A stretch of 64,000 nucleotides of DNA from Adineta vaga (lineage: Eukaryota; Animalia; Rotifera). This document shows, piece by piece, positions 37,047 through 49,086 of the stretch. Made by a program: the position numbers and the translations under genes. Numbering within the stretch: position 1 is the stretch's first letter; each line of letters starts with the position of its first letter. Location: contig CP075496.1 of assembly GCA_021613535.1 (NCBI GenBank), forward strand, positions 14,756,001 to 14,820,000, written 5' to 3'. Under the pieces are notes generated by a model. It was not told the DNA's origin. It did not search any database and saw only the letters and a list, made by a program, of their open reading frames with translations.

Positions 37047-39719
37047 ATGAGTACAACAACATTGACACCGTATGATTTACTTGGTGTAGAACCATTGTGC
37101 AAAGATTTAGATCTTCGATTGGCATATCGTGAACGAATTCACGATTTAAAAAAAGGTAAAATTTCTAACGATCGATTTCGACTTGTATGTCGTGCTTATG
37201 AAGCATTATCTAATTATGATAAACGTCAAAATTATGATGAAAATAAAATATGGATATCTGATATACCTCTAGCAAAATATACATTTCAACAATTAGCTGC
37301 TGAACCTGTTCTAGCGTCACAATTGAAGAATCGATTGAAACAAGCGACTCTAAAAGAAATTGATGCTCAAGATTCTAATACAGGTCACACACCACTTTAT
37401 TGTGCTGCACGTGCGGGGAATGTTGATGCAGTGATTTATCTAACAGAACAAGGTGCTGAACCAGATTTATCGCAAAAATTAGGTAGTAGTGCTTTACATG
37501 TCAGTTCTTTCTATGGACATCCAGAAATTGTTCGTTGTTTATTGGAAAGTGGAGCCAATTATACAAAATTAAATTCTTTTAAAAATCTTGCGGAAAAAGA
37601 ATCGATGAGTGATGAGGTTAGAAATACTTTTATGATTTTAAAAAAAGATCCTTTTGTTCAAGCAGGTGCAAATCAAATTAATTGGTTTAAAGAAAACATA
37701 CATCAAATTCCAAATCATATTGATGAACAGTATCATAGACAACGTCAAACATTACTTCATTGTGCAGCAAAAAAAGGCTTTTTTGATCTTGTTCAATGGT
37801 TAATTAATGAACGTCAAGCTAATCTCGATATAGTCGATATTAATTTAAATTCTGCATTACATCTTGCTTCATATGGTGGACATAAATCAAGTGTCAAATA
37901 TCTTCTTCATCAAGGTGCAAATCCGCTTCTCATTAATAAATGGGGAATGACACCTGAACAAGAAGGAATTCAACATGGAGAAACTATTTGCCAATTATTT
38001 GAATCAATGCGTAATCAAGATATGTTTGAAATGGCGACGAATGGAATTCATTGGTGGTTTGAATATTATTTTAATGATTCGTCAAATTCGACAAATAATG
38101 AAGGAACAAGTTTACTTTATCTTGCAAGTCGTTGTGGACAATTTTTAGTAGCTAAATGGTTACTCAAACATGGAGCAAATGTTAATATTCAATTGACAAG
38201 TAAATCACGAAGTACACCTTTACATGGTGCTGCTTTTAGTGGCCATTTGAAAATTGTTGAATTATTATTAAATCATGGTGCAGATGTAAATATTAGAAAT
38301 GGTTATGGTGAAACTGTTTTTGATAATGCTCAAACAGATGAAGTCAAACAATTATTAAAGCAACATCGTGAAAATTTATTAGAAAATAAATTTATGAGTG
38401 TTTATTTATTTGGAGATGGTCTTAGTTATGGTAATGAACCTTTAGCGAAACTTCAATTACCAACCGATGCAACACGTGATGATCTTCGAAAAGCAATGCC
38501 AAAATCAATAAAAGAAAAATTTAACATTTTTTCAATAGCTCGTCGACCATTACGTTTTGATAAAGAAGAAACAACAATCTTATCTGCATTTTGTCGAGCA
38601 AGATATGGAAAAACAAAATTTGTTGAATTTCCACTTTGTATAACAGTTCATGAATCACCAAGATATATGAATAGTGGTCATACACTTAGTGAAGAAATTT
38701 TTTATTTTAATTCTCGAGAATTTGATGGGAAATTTCTATCATCATGTCAAAGATCGACAATTGATGTTATTGGTCAATTTAATGAATCACAAAAATATGA
38801 ATGTTCAAATTTAACATTTACTTTTCCTGTTAATTGTACAAACAATGATATTTCAATTGATATTGAATTTGTTAATTTACCAAATTTAAATACATTTCAA
38901 TTACCTGAATGTTTATGTCTTTTTAGAACAAAATATGAACGAAAGAAGAATGATAAATTAAATGAAATGCCAAATGTTGAATTAAAAACTGAAGGAAATG
39001 TTCGTTTATATACGTGGATTGAATCTCAACCTTATTGGTTTATCGATAAATCCAAACCTCAATATTTACCATTAATTGGTGGTACACATGCGTTTATTCG
39101 TCATGTTGATATAATTCCATCTTCATTAAGTCTTCCACCTGATTTATTTCTTCAATCATCAATTGGAGAACCATTTCTTACTCGTGATCAGCCTCTTTAT
39201 TGTCGTTGTCTTCAAATTCGTAAACAAAATGCAACTAAATATCCTCATATAGCCTATCATGGAACCTCAATTGGTGTTATTCTTTCAATTCTTATGGATG
39301 GACTTGTTATGCCAAGTACGGTTGTTTCAAATGGAAAACGTGTTTTTCCTCCACCTAATCATATTCCAAGAAAAGTCACACATCATAATATTACAGATTT
39401 TTCAAATGGAGTCTTTGTTAGTCCAAGTATTTATTATTGTTCAGATCCTGCATATGCAGTAACATTTTCTGATGGTGATCAACGTATTGTAGCTGTTTTA
39501 GAATGTTCTGTTAAAAGTAACTCTTTTGATATTATTCCAAGTACTGTATCAAATTATAAACTTCATCCAACTGATGATCCCAATGGTCTTGAATGGCGTT
39601 TTACTAATCCTGCAGATATTGATATTCTATCTGTACTTTTCATTCCACAAATTAAATCAAGAATTGCAGAAGCGAAATTACGAGCGAATAAACTTGGTGT
39701 TAATCCAAATGAACTTTAA
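37047..39719 (+). CDS. J-like domain + ankyrin repeats + C-terminal ADP-ribosyltransferase-like domain (H-Y-E type)
   Basis: N-terminal 'PYDLLGV...AYR...AYEALS...R..YD'; ankyrins 'GHTPLYCAA', 'SALHLAS', 'STPLHGAA'; C-terminal 'AYHGT...GVFVSPSIYY...YA...LEW'; 890 aa single exon. Confidence 0.75.
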   Translation: MSTTTLTPYDLLGVEPLCKDLDLRLAYRERIHDLKKGKISNDRFRLVCRAYEALSNYDKRQNYDENKIWISDIPLAKYTFQQLAAEPVLASQLKNRLKQATLKEIDAQDSNTGHTPLYCAARAGNVDAVIYLTEQGAEPDLSQKLGSSALHVSSFYGHPEIVRCLLESGANYTKLNSFKNLAEKESMSDEVRNTFMILKKDPFVQAGANQINWFKENIHQIPNHIDEQYHRQRQTLLHCAAKKGFFDLVQWLINERQANLDIVDINLNSALHLASYGGHKSSVKYLLHQGANPLLINKWGMTPEQEGIQHGETICQLFESMRNQDMFEMATNGIHWWFEYYFNDSSNSTNNEGTSLLYLASRCGQFLVAKWLLKHGANVNIQLTSKSRSTPLHGAAFSGHLKIVELLLNHGADVNIRNGYGETVFDNAQTDEVKQLLKQHRENLLENKFMSVYLFGDGLSYGNEPLAKLQLPTDATRDDLRKAMPKSIKEKFNIFSIARRPLRFDKEETTILSAFCRARYGKTKFVEFPLCITVHESPRYMNSGHTLSEEIFYFNSREFDGKFLSSCQRSTIDVIGQFNESQKYECSNLTFTFPVNCTNNDISIDIEFVNLPNLNTFQLPECLCLFRTKYERKKNDKLNEMPNVELKTEGNVRLYTWIESQPYWFIDKSKPQYLPLIGGTHAFIRHVDIIPSSLSLPPDLFLQSSIGEPFLTRDQPLYCRCLQIRKQNATKYPHIAYHGTSIGVILSILMDGLVMPSTVVSNGKRVFPPPNHIPRKVTHHNITDFSNGVFVSPSIYYCSDPAYAVTFSDGDQRIVAVLECSVKSNSFDIIPSTVSNYKLHPTDDPNGLEWRFTNPADIDILSVLFIPQIKSRIAEAKLRANKLGVNPNEL

Positions 39720-39890
39720 TTAATAGCCAATTAATAAATGAGAAGCGAAAATAAAGATTCGTTTTTTAAGACCAAAGATAAAATTTGAAATAAAAATAAA
39801 AATAAGTATCGCTCATCCTACGGATTTTCAATATATGTAACGCTCGAAAGCTGAATTCAACTATTCAGTTATTCGCGGTGTATTAGTACA

Positions 39891-39939
39891 TTGATGGTGG
39901 GGGTTAAGAATATAGGCTCAAGTATACCCACACTCTCAA
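39891..39939. repeat. Telomere-like hairpin element
   Basis: ttgatggtgggggt ... acccacactctcaa. Confidence 0.65.
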
Positions 39940-40137
39940 CCATCAAACATTTTGCGATTATTTATTTTAAATAAATAATATCAGAAGCTAACAATGCACT
40001 TGAAACATATTCAGATATTGATAAAGGTAGTGATGAATCCGAGTTTGAAGAAAAAAATAAAAACAAAACAACGATATGATCAATGGTAACTAAAAAATTG
40101 GATTTATTGTTAACGAAATTTGATAAAATGGAAACTT

Positions 40138-40188
40138 CATCTTGAGGGTGAGGGGTGGGTGTTCAATAGACGAATGCCCACACCCACA
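40138..40188. repeat. Telomere-like hairpin element, spacer type A
   Basis: catcttgagggtgaggggtgggt gttcaatagacgaatg cccacacccaca. Confidence 0.8.
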
Positions 40189-40924
40189 TGCTTATATGGT
40201 AAGGACTTCACCTGAAGCGGAGTTGGAGTGAAGTACATAGTGGAAGTTGCGTATGAATGGGTATACACGACGAGTTAGATTGCAATCATATGCAAGAAAC
40301 TCTGAAGCACATTCTTGTTTTTACTTCCTAGCGTTTTCAAAGCTGTGGGGTTTACATTATGCAAGTTTCGAAATCATCATCGGATATCTCCACTAGTTGA
40401 ATATATATCATAAAAAATAAATGGAATTGAATTCAAACAACACATAAGTTAATTATATTTGATTAAGGAGAACATATTGCGAATTCTCGCTTAAGATATT
40501 TCACACTGATTATCCTCAGAGTGATTTATTGAAAGCGAATGATTATGTAACGGAACCTGATGATGGCCCATTGAGGCAATGACCAAACAAGTCGTATGCT
40601 AAACTTTGAATTATCTTTTCTCTTTAAACTCACCCTAACTCACCGTTGACAGATTAATGTATAGCGTTACCTTCATTCGGAGCTTGGGATGAAAAATGTA
40701 GGATTTAGTCTGATCAACATATAAAACATACATTTGATGTAGAATAAAAAGATTGTAATAGTCTGTAATAAAACTCTCTTCAATCAATATTGATATTTTG
40801 TTAAACGTGACCTGATATAAACCACTAACTATATTATTCATTGCATAACATACGAGAGAGTTGGCGCTATATTTTTAAAACTATTTCAAGGATTTTTCTC
40901 TAACTAAATTGTTGAAAACTTATC

Positions 40925-43900
40925 ATGCATATTGGTAATCAATGTCGTTTAGGCGCCATTCTTGTTGCGATCAGTTATGTGATTGGAGACACTTTCTTCG
41001 AGAACCTTCAATCACGCTTTGCCGTCAACGATCGTTTCGCAATTACTGCGCAAAATTCAATCAGTCTTCTCACTTTCTTATTCACAACCGATAACATCAG
41101 TTGTCAAATGCTTTTTTCCAGTTTGGGAATAGAGTTCATTCAAGATATTGCTGTTGGTCGAAAGGAAGTTGGTGAAATTTATACTTTTGCATTTATTGCA
41201 AAGCTAAAAACATCATCTGGTCGCCATTTAGTACTAGGAATAGGAGAGCGAATCCCTGAATGTTTGAAATTCACTAATATGTTTACACTTAATTTAACCA
41301 ATGCCGCTGATCCTGGTAATCAATGGATTCTCGCAATGCATCCTGCAGGTGGGCTAGCTTTGGTTGTTAGTAACAGGTTCGGTTTTTTCCTAAACTCAAA
41401 TCGAGTGGCAGGCGAGTGGCTTCGTTGGGAAGATGGAAAAGGAAAATTTTATCCTAGAGCAATGGATATCAGCAACGATGGTTTTATTTTTGTTGCCACT
41501 CATACTCATTTTATGAATGGACAGATCGATAATGACGATCCAGATCGCAAGGTAATTCTAGTAGACATGCCAATACCATCCCTGTTCTGCTTCAAACTCG
41601 ATGGAGGGATCATCTCTCAAAAAGTTCTCCAGTTAATGGGTGTTATCGATCTTCTTTCTGAAGGCATCGACTTTCGCCAACAAACAGTTATGACGATATC
41701 TGTTGCTGGAGCAGTGCAAAATAGAGATTGGTCTGTTATGATTGGACTTCCCTATATGGACACGGTGTTTCTGGTTAGAGTCTTAATCGATGGTTCATTG
41801 ATAGCAAAAATGCATCGATCACCGCAAAAAGGAGTCAACTTTGGTCATTCGATTTATATGACAGAAAACAGAACATATGCTGTCCTTGCTTCTTCCCTTC
41901 CAACGTTACCGTGGTCCAGTTCGCGTGTACAAGCAAGTATCTTTAGATTTATGACCGAGTTCTCTTTTGAGCTTTTTATCAGTACCAGAGCACTTCAGAG
42001 AAATCATGACTAGCTGTCAGAAAATAGTGTCAACGCAAGCGTGAATGAATTCTTTGAAATGACTCGAGTTCATCAAAACATGAGAGCCCAAGCAAAATAA
42101 CTCTCTCAAGCATACTAGATATTTTTTTTATTTACAGTTTTATTCATTTCCAAATCAAGACTCTTTGTCTAACGATTCCTCAGACGCGATCAGCCCGCCA
42201 CCATATTACGTTTTTCCCAACAATCAACAAAAACTGCGTCGGCACTTCGGATCAGAGCTGCGACCTTTCCGTCTGATGTATGTCACTGGTTGGGCTGAAG
42301 GTTTTGCCCTGGTCGTCGATAATCAGAATGTCGAACGGGCTATTCTGCTTCCGATGAGTCCTCCTGGAACGGTTTCTACTGTACCTCCCGTAAATGACAG
42401 CGATATCGAAATTTATGGCTTCCAACAGTGCATGCCTGGAACGCAAAAGATTCATTTTGGTTTTGGAATATGCGATCTCTGTCCACCCGAGACAAAGAAC
42501 AATGGCAGTACAGGCGTCCAGTGTGAAATATGTATCGATACTAATTCTTCACTATGTTTTCGAGCTTCTAGTGGCGAAGTGCATAGAAACAGTCTTACCA
42601 ATTATGATCAAGCTGATCCATATCCTGAATCGCCTGATTCTGCGTCGTTTGACGATGTTCTCCTGAACAATGTCTTCAAATGGATCGACATGTCTTCAGG
42701 AATACTATGTATGCTTGTATCACCAACTTTCTGGGCACTGATCGCTCTTGCATTGGGAACAGTTCTCTTTGCCATTATGATCATTCTAAGTTTTTTCCCT
42801 AGTATGAAGCATCGTCGAAAGTTTTTGCAGAGAATTTTTGTACGCCTGGACCTAGTCGGAGAAGGAGAACTCTGGTTGGGTGGTTTAGTCACTCTAGCCA
42901 TCGTTTTTTTGATCACTTTTACTTGTAAATTTAGCGATGCATTCGCCGATCTGTATCCTATTGAACAGGTTTTGTCGAATATTAATTCTTGCTACCCGAA
43001 TTTAGTCAATGCAAAATTCAGTAGTACTCTCCAACTGCTTATCATTCGCAAACATGATCAAGAGAAACCTATTTTCGATATGCTCGATGATCAGAATATT
43101 ACACTCACTGCGGAATTTATCAGTACCGATTTCCAGTGCTCCAATGTATCAGTGCAACAAAACCTAGATCGAGATCAGATTCTAATGGTCCCAGAGCACA
43201 GTATCAATTGTTCCTATGTACGAAAAAATGCGGGCATACTCAGCGTGTCCACTGTTTTACCTCAACATATTGTCACGATGCAGTTCAATTTAGTGGGTCC
43301 CTTTTTCGTCGGCGGTCTTCGGCTATGCTTTTCAGGACCTATGATGATGGCGGAAAAGGGAAAATATGCTGTAAGGGAATTGAAATTTTGTCGGTTTCTA
43401 TACACTCCTGATCAAGTTCTCTCAGTCGATCTCACAGTATATACTGAAATGACAAAGACCATCAATCATACATCCACCGCACTGTCAAATCATAAAGGAG
43501 ATTTGTATAGTGGCTTATGGCTACCGACGCTGACGATAAAGAATGCTCTTTGGGATTCACATATTTACAATAATGACGAGAACAAGTATCTTCGCTCTCT
43601 CAATTGGCATTTGAAGCTTATTGTCGACATTGCGGAGTCCAAATTCTATATGAAAAATTCACAAGAACCCATAGCAAGGAGCTATGAGATTGTCTTCAAA
43701 ACTTTCCTATTTTCAAGTAAGACCACTTTAGACTGAGACGTAGGCCCGTGAAAGTTCCAGTTCAGTTCAGAGAGCTGCAACTATGTATTAGTTCAAATTC
43801 GGAAGAACGATAGGTTACACTCTGCCCTACTTTCTGGCCTCTAGATGCATGAGTCTGATCACTAGATTCAATTGAACACGTTTGGACCTTAGATATTTAG

Positions 43901-46900
43901 ATAGCGAGAATAGGATCCATGGATGACACAGATATCAGGTTAATAGTTCTTAAGTGAAAAAGTCACTACGTTGGGATTCTGTATAGAATGAAACTGAGGA
44001 CCAGAAAGTAGGGCAAAGTGTAGACATTCCGAAAGAACTATTTTCTTAAATCTGTTCTCCATCGATTCGCCATTGGGAAAGAAATATACGATGGAACATG
44101 ATCTAGTTAAAGACTACTCTGTTGTCACATCTGATGGTTTAGTGAGTGACTCGTTACGACAGTTTCATTTGTTTGCGGCCAATATTACCAAAATTGATTA
44201 AATCAATGAAAATCGTAAGCGATGAAACAGTTTTAGAGAGAGTAGTTACCAAGGCAACGTCAATACAATAGAGAAAATGATCTTGAATAAAATCGAAAAT
44301 TCTCGCTAAGGTAAAACAATACAACATAGTATGAACTTTACAACTCAAGCTTATACGAGAGAAACATACAACACTTCAGATTCTTAGATGTTAGAGATAA
44401 ACGATTCTTACGTAAAACATAGTTCGAGATGAACAAAGCACTTTCACTTGGAACGCTGGTAGCGGACACTGCCAAGTATTTCCTAGCTTGTGCAGCCAAG
44501 AAAGGCATAGTCGTATCTTGTTTTTGCGAGCAGGTAGAGAATTTCTGGTTGCTCTTGGAAAGAGATGCTGTTCTTGCGATTTCATGTTGAATTATTGGAG
44601 TACGACATTTATCAGCAGTATCTCCAATTGAATTCACTTCACACTTCGTTAAAAACTTGTTCTTCGTCTCACTGCTCTTTGATGATATGGATTTTGACGG
44701 TGTCCATAACACAGAGACACTTGATGAAACATTTTGAATAATCAAATTTCTTTTTTGATATTATTTAACGTCATTCAAGACAATTTTCTCCGCCTTTAAT
44801 TTAGGTTTTCAGGACGACACACCGTGAACAAGTGGGTCTAAGAACGCTGCGCTGAGCAGTTTTTACGCTTGTTTCGTGTCAGACGCTGGGAAAACGTATT
44901 CGCCAAATCTCTTTCAATGCTTGCAATTGCACTACCGGTTCGATCATTTAAAGAGTTGTAGAGCGAATAGATCACCGGATTATCCAAAGATAAAGTTGGA
45001 TAGGATTTTCGCGACAAAAGGAGTGGTCTCGTTAAGACCACGAATCGCCTCCTCTCCAAAATCTCCTTTTGATATTCGAAACTGTGAGTTTGCATGCGAT
45101 TAGTTGATTTCTATCAAAATCGTACCGTCCCAGCTCATCCCGGATGACCACGATCGATTCTTGAAAAGCCACTTCTATGAGCAGTGTCCGCTTCTACTAT
45201 TTGGGTCGTTTCTTTTTCACCACAAGTATCGTTCGGATTCCGTTGTTCATCATCTGTGAGTCCTCTTTTCTCTATCAAATGGTAAATACAAGAGTATCTG
45301 GGTGTTCTTCTTTCGCTTTTTTCTTTGCGTGACTGTAATGAACTTGAGAAGAGAAGTGCCTGTGAGACAATGATGCACACTTTATTTGGCTTCTTCACTT
45401 AACAAGCTGTTCTTTATTAATAAGATACACGCTTATATAGACAACGGAGAATAATGAATACCGGTAGTAGGGATGCACCAATTCCAATTCCATTCAATCT
45501 CAATTCCAATTCTAGGACTGGAATTGGTTCAAATCGGTTGTTGTTGGAATTGGAATTGGTTAGGATTGGCGTAGAATTGATTGGAATTGATTTGGAATCG
45601 ACTCAAAATGATTAACAACTGAAACATAACCAATTTTACTTTTGATCCATTTCAACTAAAGCCATGTAATTTTCACCAACTATAACCATTTTTTGTTCAA
45701 TCCCGTATCTAATTTCACCATTTTGTCGAAGTTTTTGATCGTATCGAGGCGATTCGAAATCAATTCCAATCAATTCCAATTCCGATCCCAATTCCAGATC
45801 AATTCTATCCAATTCCATTTCCAATCTCAACCAATCCCTTTCAATCTCAATTCCAATTCTAACCAATTCCGATCAATTTTAGAATTGATATCGAATCGGA
45901 TTGGAATTGTTGCATCCCTAGATATCGGTCAGGTATAGCGGCCACGCTTGCATAGACGAGTTATAGGTCGTATACAGGCCAGAATATAGCAATATCCCGC
46001 TACAGTGATAATATTAATAGTCGAGATCTCTTAATAGGCCCCTCCGACCACACTCGACCTGCTGAGTTATGTAAATAATGTCGGTCCAGACCCAACTATG
46101 GATCATTCAATACTCCTTTGAAAGTTCTACACGAGGGTACGACTAGCCCCGAGAATATTCGAGGCGAAGACGATTTTCTCGGGTCCGGACTCTGTGAGAG
46201 ACTGATAAAGCTGTATTTTTCCAACAATGCAGAACCGATTCTCACTGAATGAGTGATATTTCAGATGGAATGAGACCCAGATTCGAAATCAACATGAAAA
46301 AGTGAGTCGGGCAGGTCATCTCTCCAGGGTAAGTGACGGCTTTCGTTTTTCTGCGAAACTTCACTCATGGTACCCCCAGCTTCACGTCATAAAAGTAATT
46401 ATTTGGATCACGTATTTTTTCTATCAAAAATGGTATGATAGGATCGGCAAAATGAAAGTCGTCCCTTACCCTAGAGAGATAACCTGTCCAATTTAGTATT
46501 TCATTTGCACTTGCGCTCGTTAGATGATATTTATTCCGCAAATTCGTTTTCTATTGATGTCTATGTTCGTGTTGGTGGTGAAGTCTTTTTTGGACGCCAA
46601 CGGATGGTTGGGATTTATCCAGGGCTGACAAGCCTCCTGATTTCCATTTTTCTCCTGATCGAAAATCTTCTGATTTTCATCTTTCTTTATTCAAGAATCA
46701 CTGACGCATTTGGCTTCTAGAATTTTTAGGCAGGAAACAAGAGAATATAGTCAGAACTAATTGAATTTGTATTAACTATTGTGGGATCGAATGTTTTTTG
46801 AGTCACCTTATAGTCACATGAAGTTATTAGAAAACAATAATAGAAATAAGACGACAAACACAATTTAAATGAAGTAGAGGTGCAAACTAAATGAACACTT

Positions 46901-49086
46901 ATTTAATGTGTACACAGTTTATGATAAACTTTTAACTAGATCAATTCTACTCAGAAAAATCCCATCGTCAGATAAATATAGTTTCATTGCAAAAGAACTG
47001 CGAATTTATAAGTAAATACTGGATTACGTATTTTCTGCTCTATATTTCGCTTTTAATTGAAGAGTGAATTTTGGTTTTCGAAGAACGATCTGCAAAATAA
47101 ATATAGAAGTAAATTTTGTGAAATTATTATTTCTTTGAGTTTTTCTTTAGTTATATGAATTCTTCTATCATTAATTTATAATGGAAGATTGACACGTTTC
47201 TATACTTATCCACGTACACTGAGCCTAAAGTTAAATTTTATTCCGTTTTTTTTTGTAGAGAAGAGTCTTGCAAGAATAAATTGTTTATCGAGTTGTCTAT
47301 CTGTACTTTACTCATTGATCGGGAAAAAAGTAAAAACAAAAGAGACTGTTTTTACCTGATACTTGAAGAAAAGGTAATCTAGGATAAAAAATCTAAATCT
47401 GATAATCGTTTAAAAAGATCGGGTCCTATTCTTTGGGACAAAGAAACATATTTTCTTTTACCAAAAAACAACAGTATTTGGTAAGAGTTAGTCGACGAAT
47501 GGTCTGAGTCGTAGGGCTCGAATATGAGGCCAATTTTTGCAAAATGTGTAAATGAAAATTTCAGTAACAGTGTAGGCCATTGTTTCCGCCAGAAACCTTA
47601 AAGCGAGTCTTTAGATGAGCGTTACTTGTTTAGAAACAATTATATAAATGCTATTGAATATCTAAAGAAAATTTCCGGATATTCCCCCTGATTTAGAAGA
47701 CGATTTATCGTGTTAAACTCTTGATTTTTTCTCAAAAATACGTGATTTCTAAAAATTTAATTCATAAAGCCTGGATTCACCATCGTTCATCACAGCACTG
47801 CCTGTTCTGCAACGAACAGTATTGCACACCGCGTTCGTTCGTCGCTTAATGTTTGCCGCAGTCGAGTATTTCTCGCTAGTTGATTTCTCTTTTTCAACAG
47901 TGAATTTTGATGGTGGTTTACCCATGGATATTGATTATCGATAATACAAATTTCGTCCACGTTATAATATTCCACTCTCAGTCTCGTATTAATTTAGAGA
48001 AAACGAAGTTCTATGCACATAGAGTTATGTGTAACCGGATATTGCTATATTCTGGCCCGTATATGACCTGTAACTCGTCTATGCAAGCGTGAACGCTATG
48101 CCTGACCGATATCCATTGTTCTTCGTTGTCTATATAAGCGTGTATCTTATAAAAAAGAACAGCTTGTTACGCGAAGAAGCCAGATAAAGTGTGCATCATT
48201 GGTGCTAGCCACAGGGAAATCTATACTGCTCGGCATCTACGAGAGGACTTTTCATTTGACAAGCGTTTTACTAGCCTCAGCACAAATGATACTCCATAAA
48301 ATTTATTTACAAGTTCAGTCTGAATGCTCGTATTTAAATTTTAACTTAATGTTCTTTTTCCAGTTCTTTGCACGGGAACTTGTGCACTATGGAAGTCCTT
48401 TTGAATTTGAACTAATCCAAGAAAAGACTGTTTTCAACTGTAACTGTTAGACAGTTACAGTACTTTCGAGACAGAAGTAATTCAAGAAAAAATTTCTTTG
48501 AATTAGAACTGATAAAGAACTATAGTTCTTTCGAAATTGAACTCATACATAGTTACAGTTCAGAGCTCATAGAAACTGTTGAACTTGAACTGCCGTAAGT
48601 CTGCTGAGACGAGCACGTTCGAAACATCATCTAAGTTTCGTTGAGAATTACAACTATTGAATTTGTTCTATAATGTCGAGTTCAGCAAATCTGCCAATTG
48701 TTTTTGACTTCGCCACTGAACTTTTTGACATAAATTCTTGACAGATAGGCGTAACGATTGCTAGCATTCGTTGTAGCTCTATATAGTTTTGAATGTTGTA
48801 GTTTATTCTGAATTACGACATATGAAATCATCAGAGTTAAAACTTGAAAAATAAGGAAGTATCTTGCATAGTGTTTGATCCATTAAATCTTAGATGACAG
48901 TAGTTGGAAATTTAGTATTTCTTCTAACATACTATAATGTTTCTATTAGCATTATTTCTCGAATTATTTGGTATACTGTTTCTGTTTGGTAAACTGGCAA
49001 TTGTTCCTATTGTACAATTTGTTCATAGGAATCGTTGTTCGCCGAAGCAAAATAAAGAAGCTATCAATATTCATGCAATAGTTTAG
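40925..49086 (+). CDS. Large membrane protein with Cys-rich (ephrin/TNFR-like) motif and several TM segments; exons 40925-41932, 42138-43716, 48950-49086
   Basis: Signal peptide; GC-AG intron 41933-42137 keeps frame; 'CMPGTQK...CDLCPPETKN...C..C'; donor tcaa|gtaag at 43717 and acceptor tattag|c at 48949 give an in-frame TM tail 'TLFLELFGILFLFGKLAIVPIV'. Confidence 0.7.
43818..44020. mobile_element. Tc1/mariner-type MITE nested in the hAT
   Basis: TA|cactctgccctactttctgg ... ccagaaagtagggcaaagtg|TA. Confidence 0.75.
45468..45920. mobile_element. Non-autonomous hAT-type MITE rich in AATTCC/GGAATT subterminal repeats
   Basis: TIR tagggatgcaccaattccaa / ttggaattgttgcatcccta; degenerate 8-bp TSD aataccgg (45457) / gatatcgg (45921); empty site preserved in the inverted paralogous copy near 48110. 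Confidence 0.8.

Larger units (their letters stand above)
43741..48603 (-). mobile_element. Decayed hAT transposon in an intron, 8-bp TSD CTGAGACG
   Basis: ctgagacg at 43733-43740 and 48604-48611; imperfect TIRs (taggcccgtgaaagttccagttc / rc cagacttacggcagttcaagttc) with subterminal IR; hATC dimerisation relic 'ARKYLAVSATSVPSE...NRLSL' at 44338-44745. Confidence 0.85.

Noticed and set aside
45636-45938. ORFs rich in I/E/L or N/S/Q/F
   Set aside because: Translations of the AATTCC subterminal repeats of the MITE.
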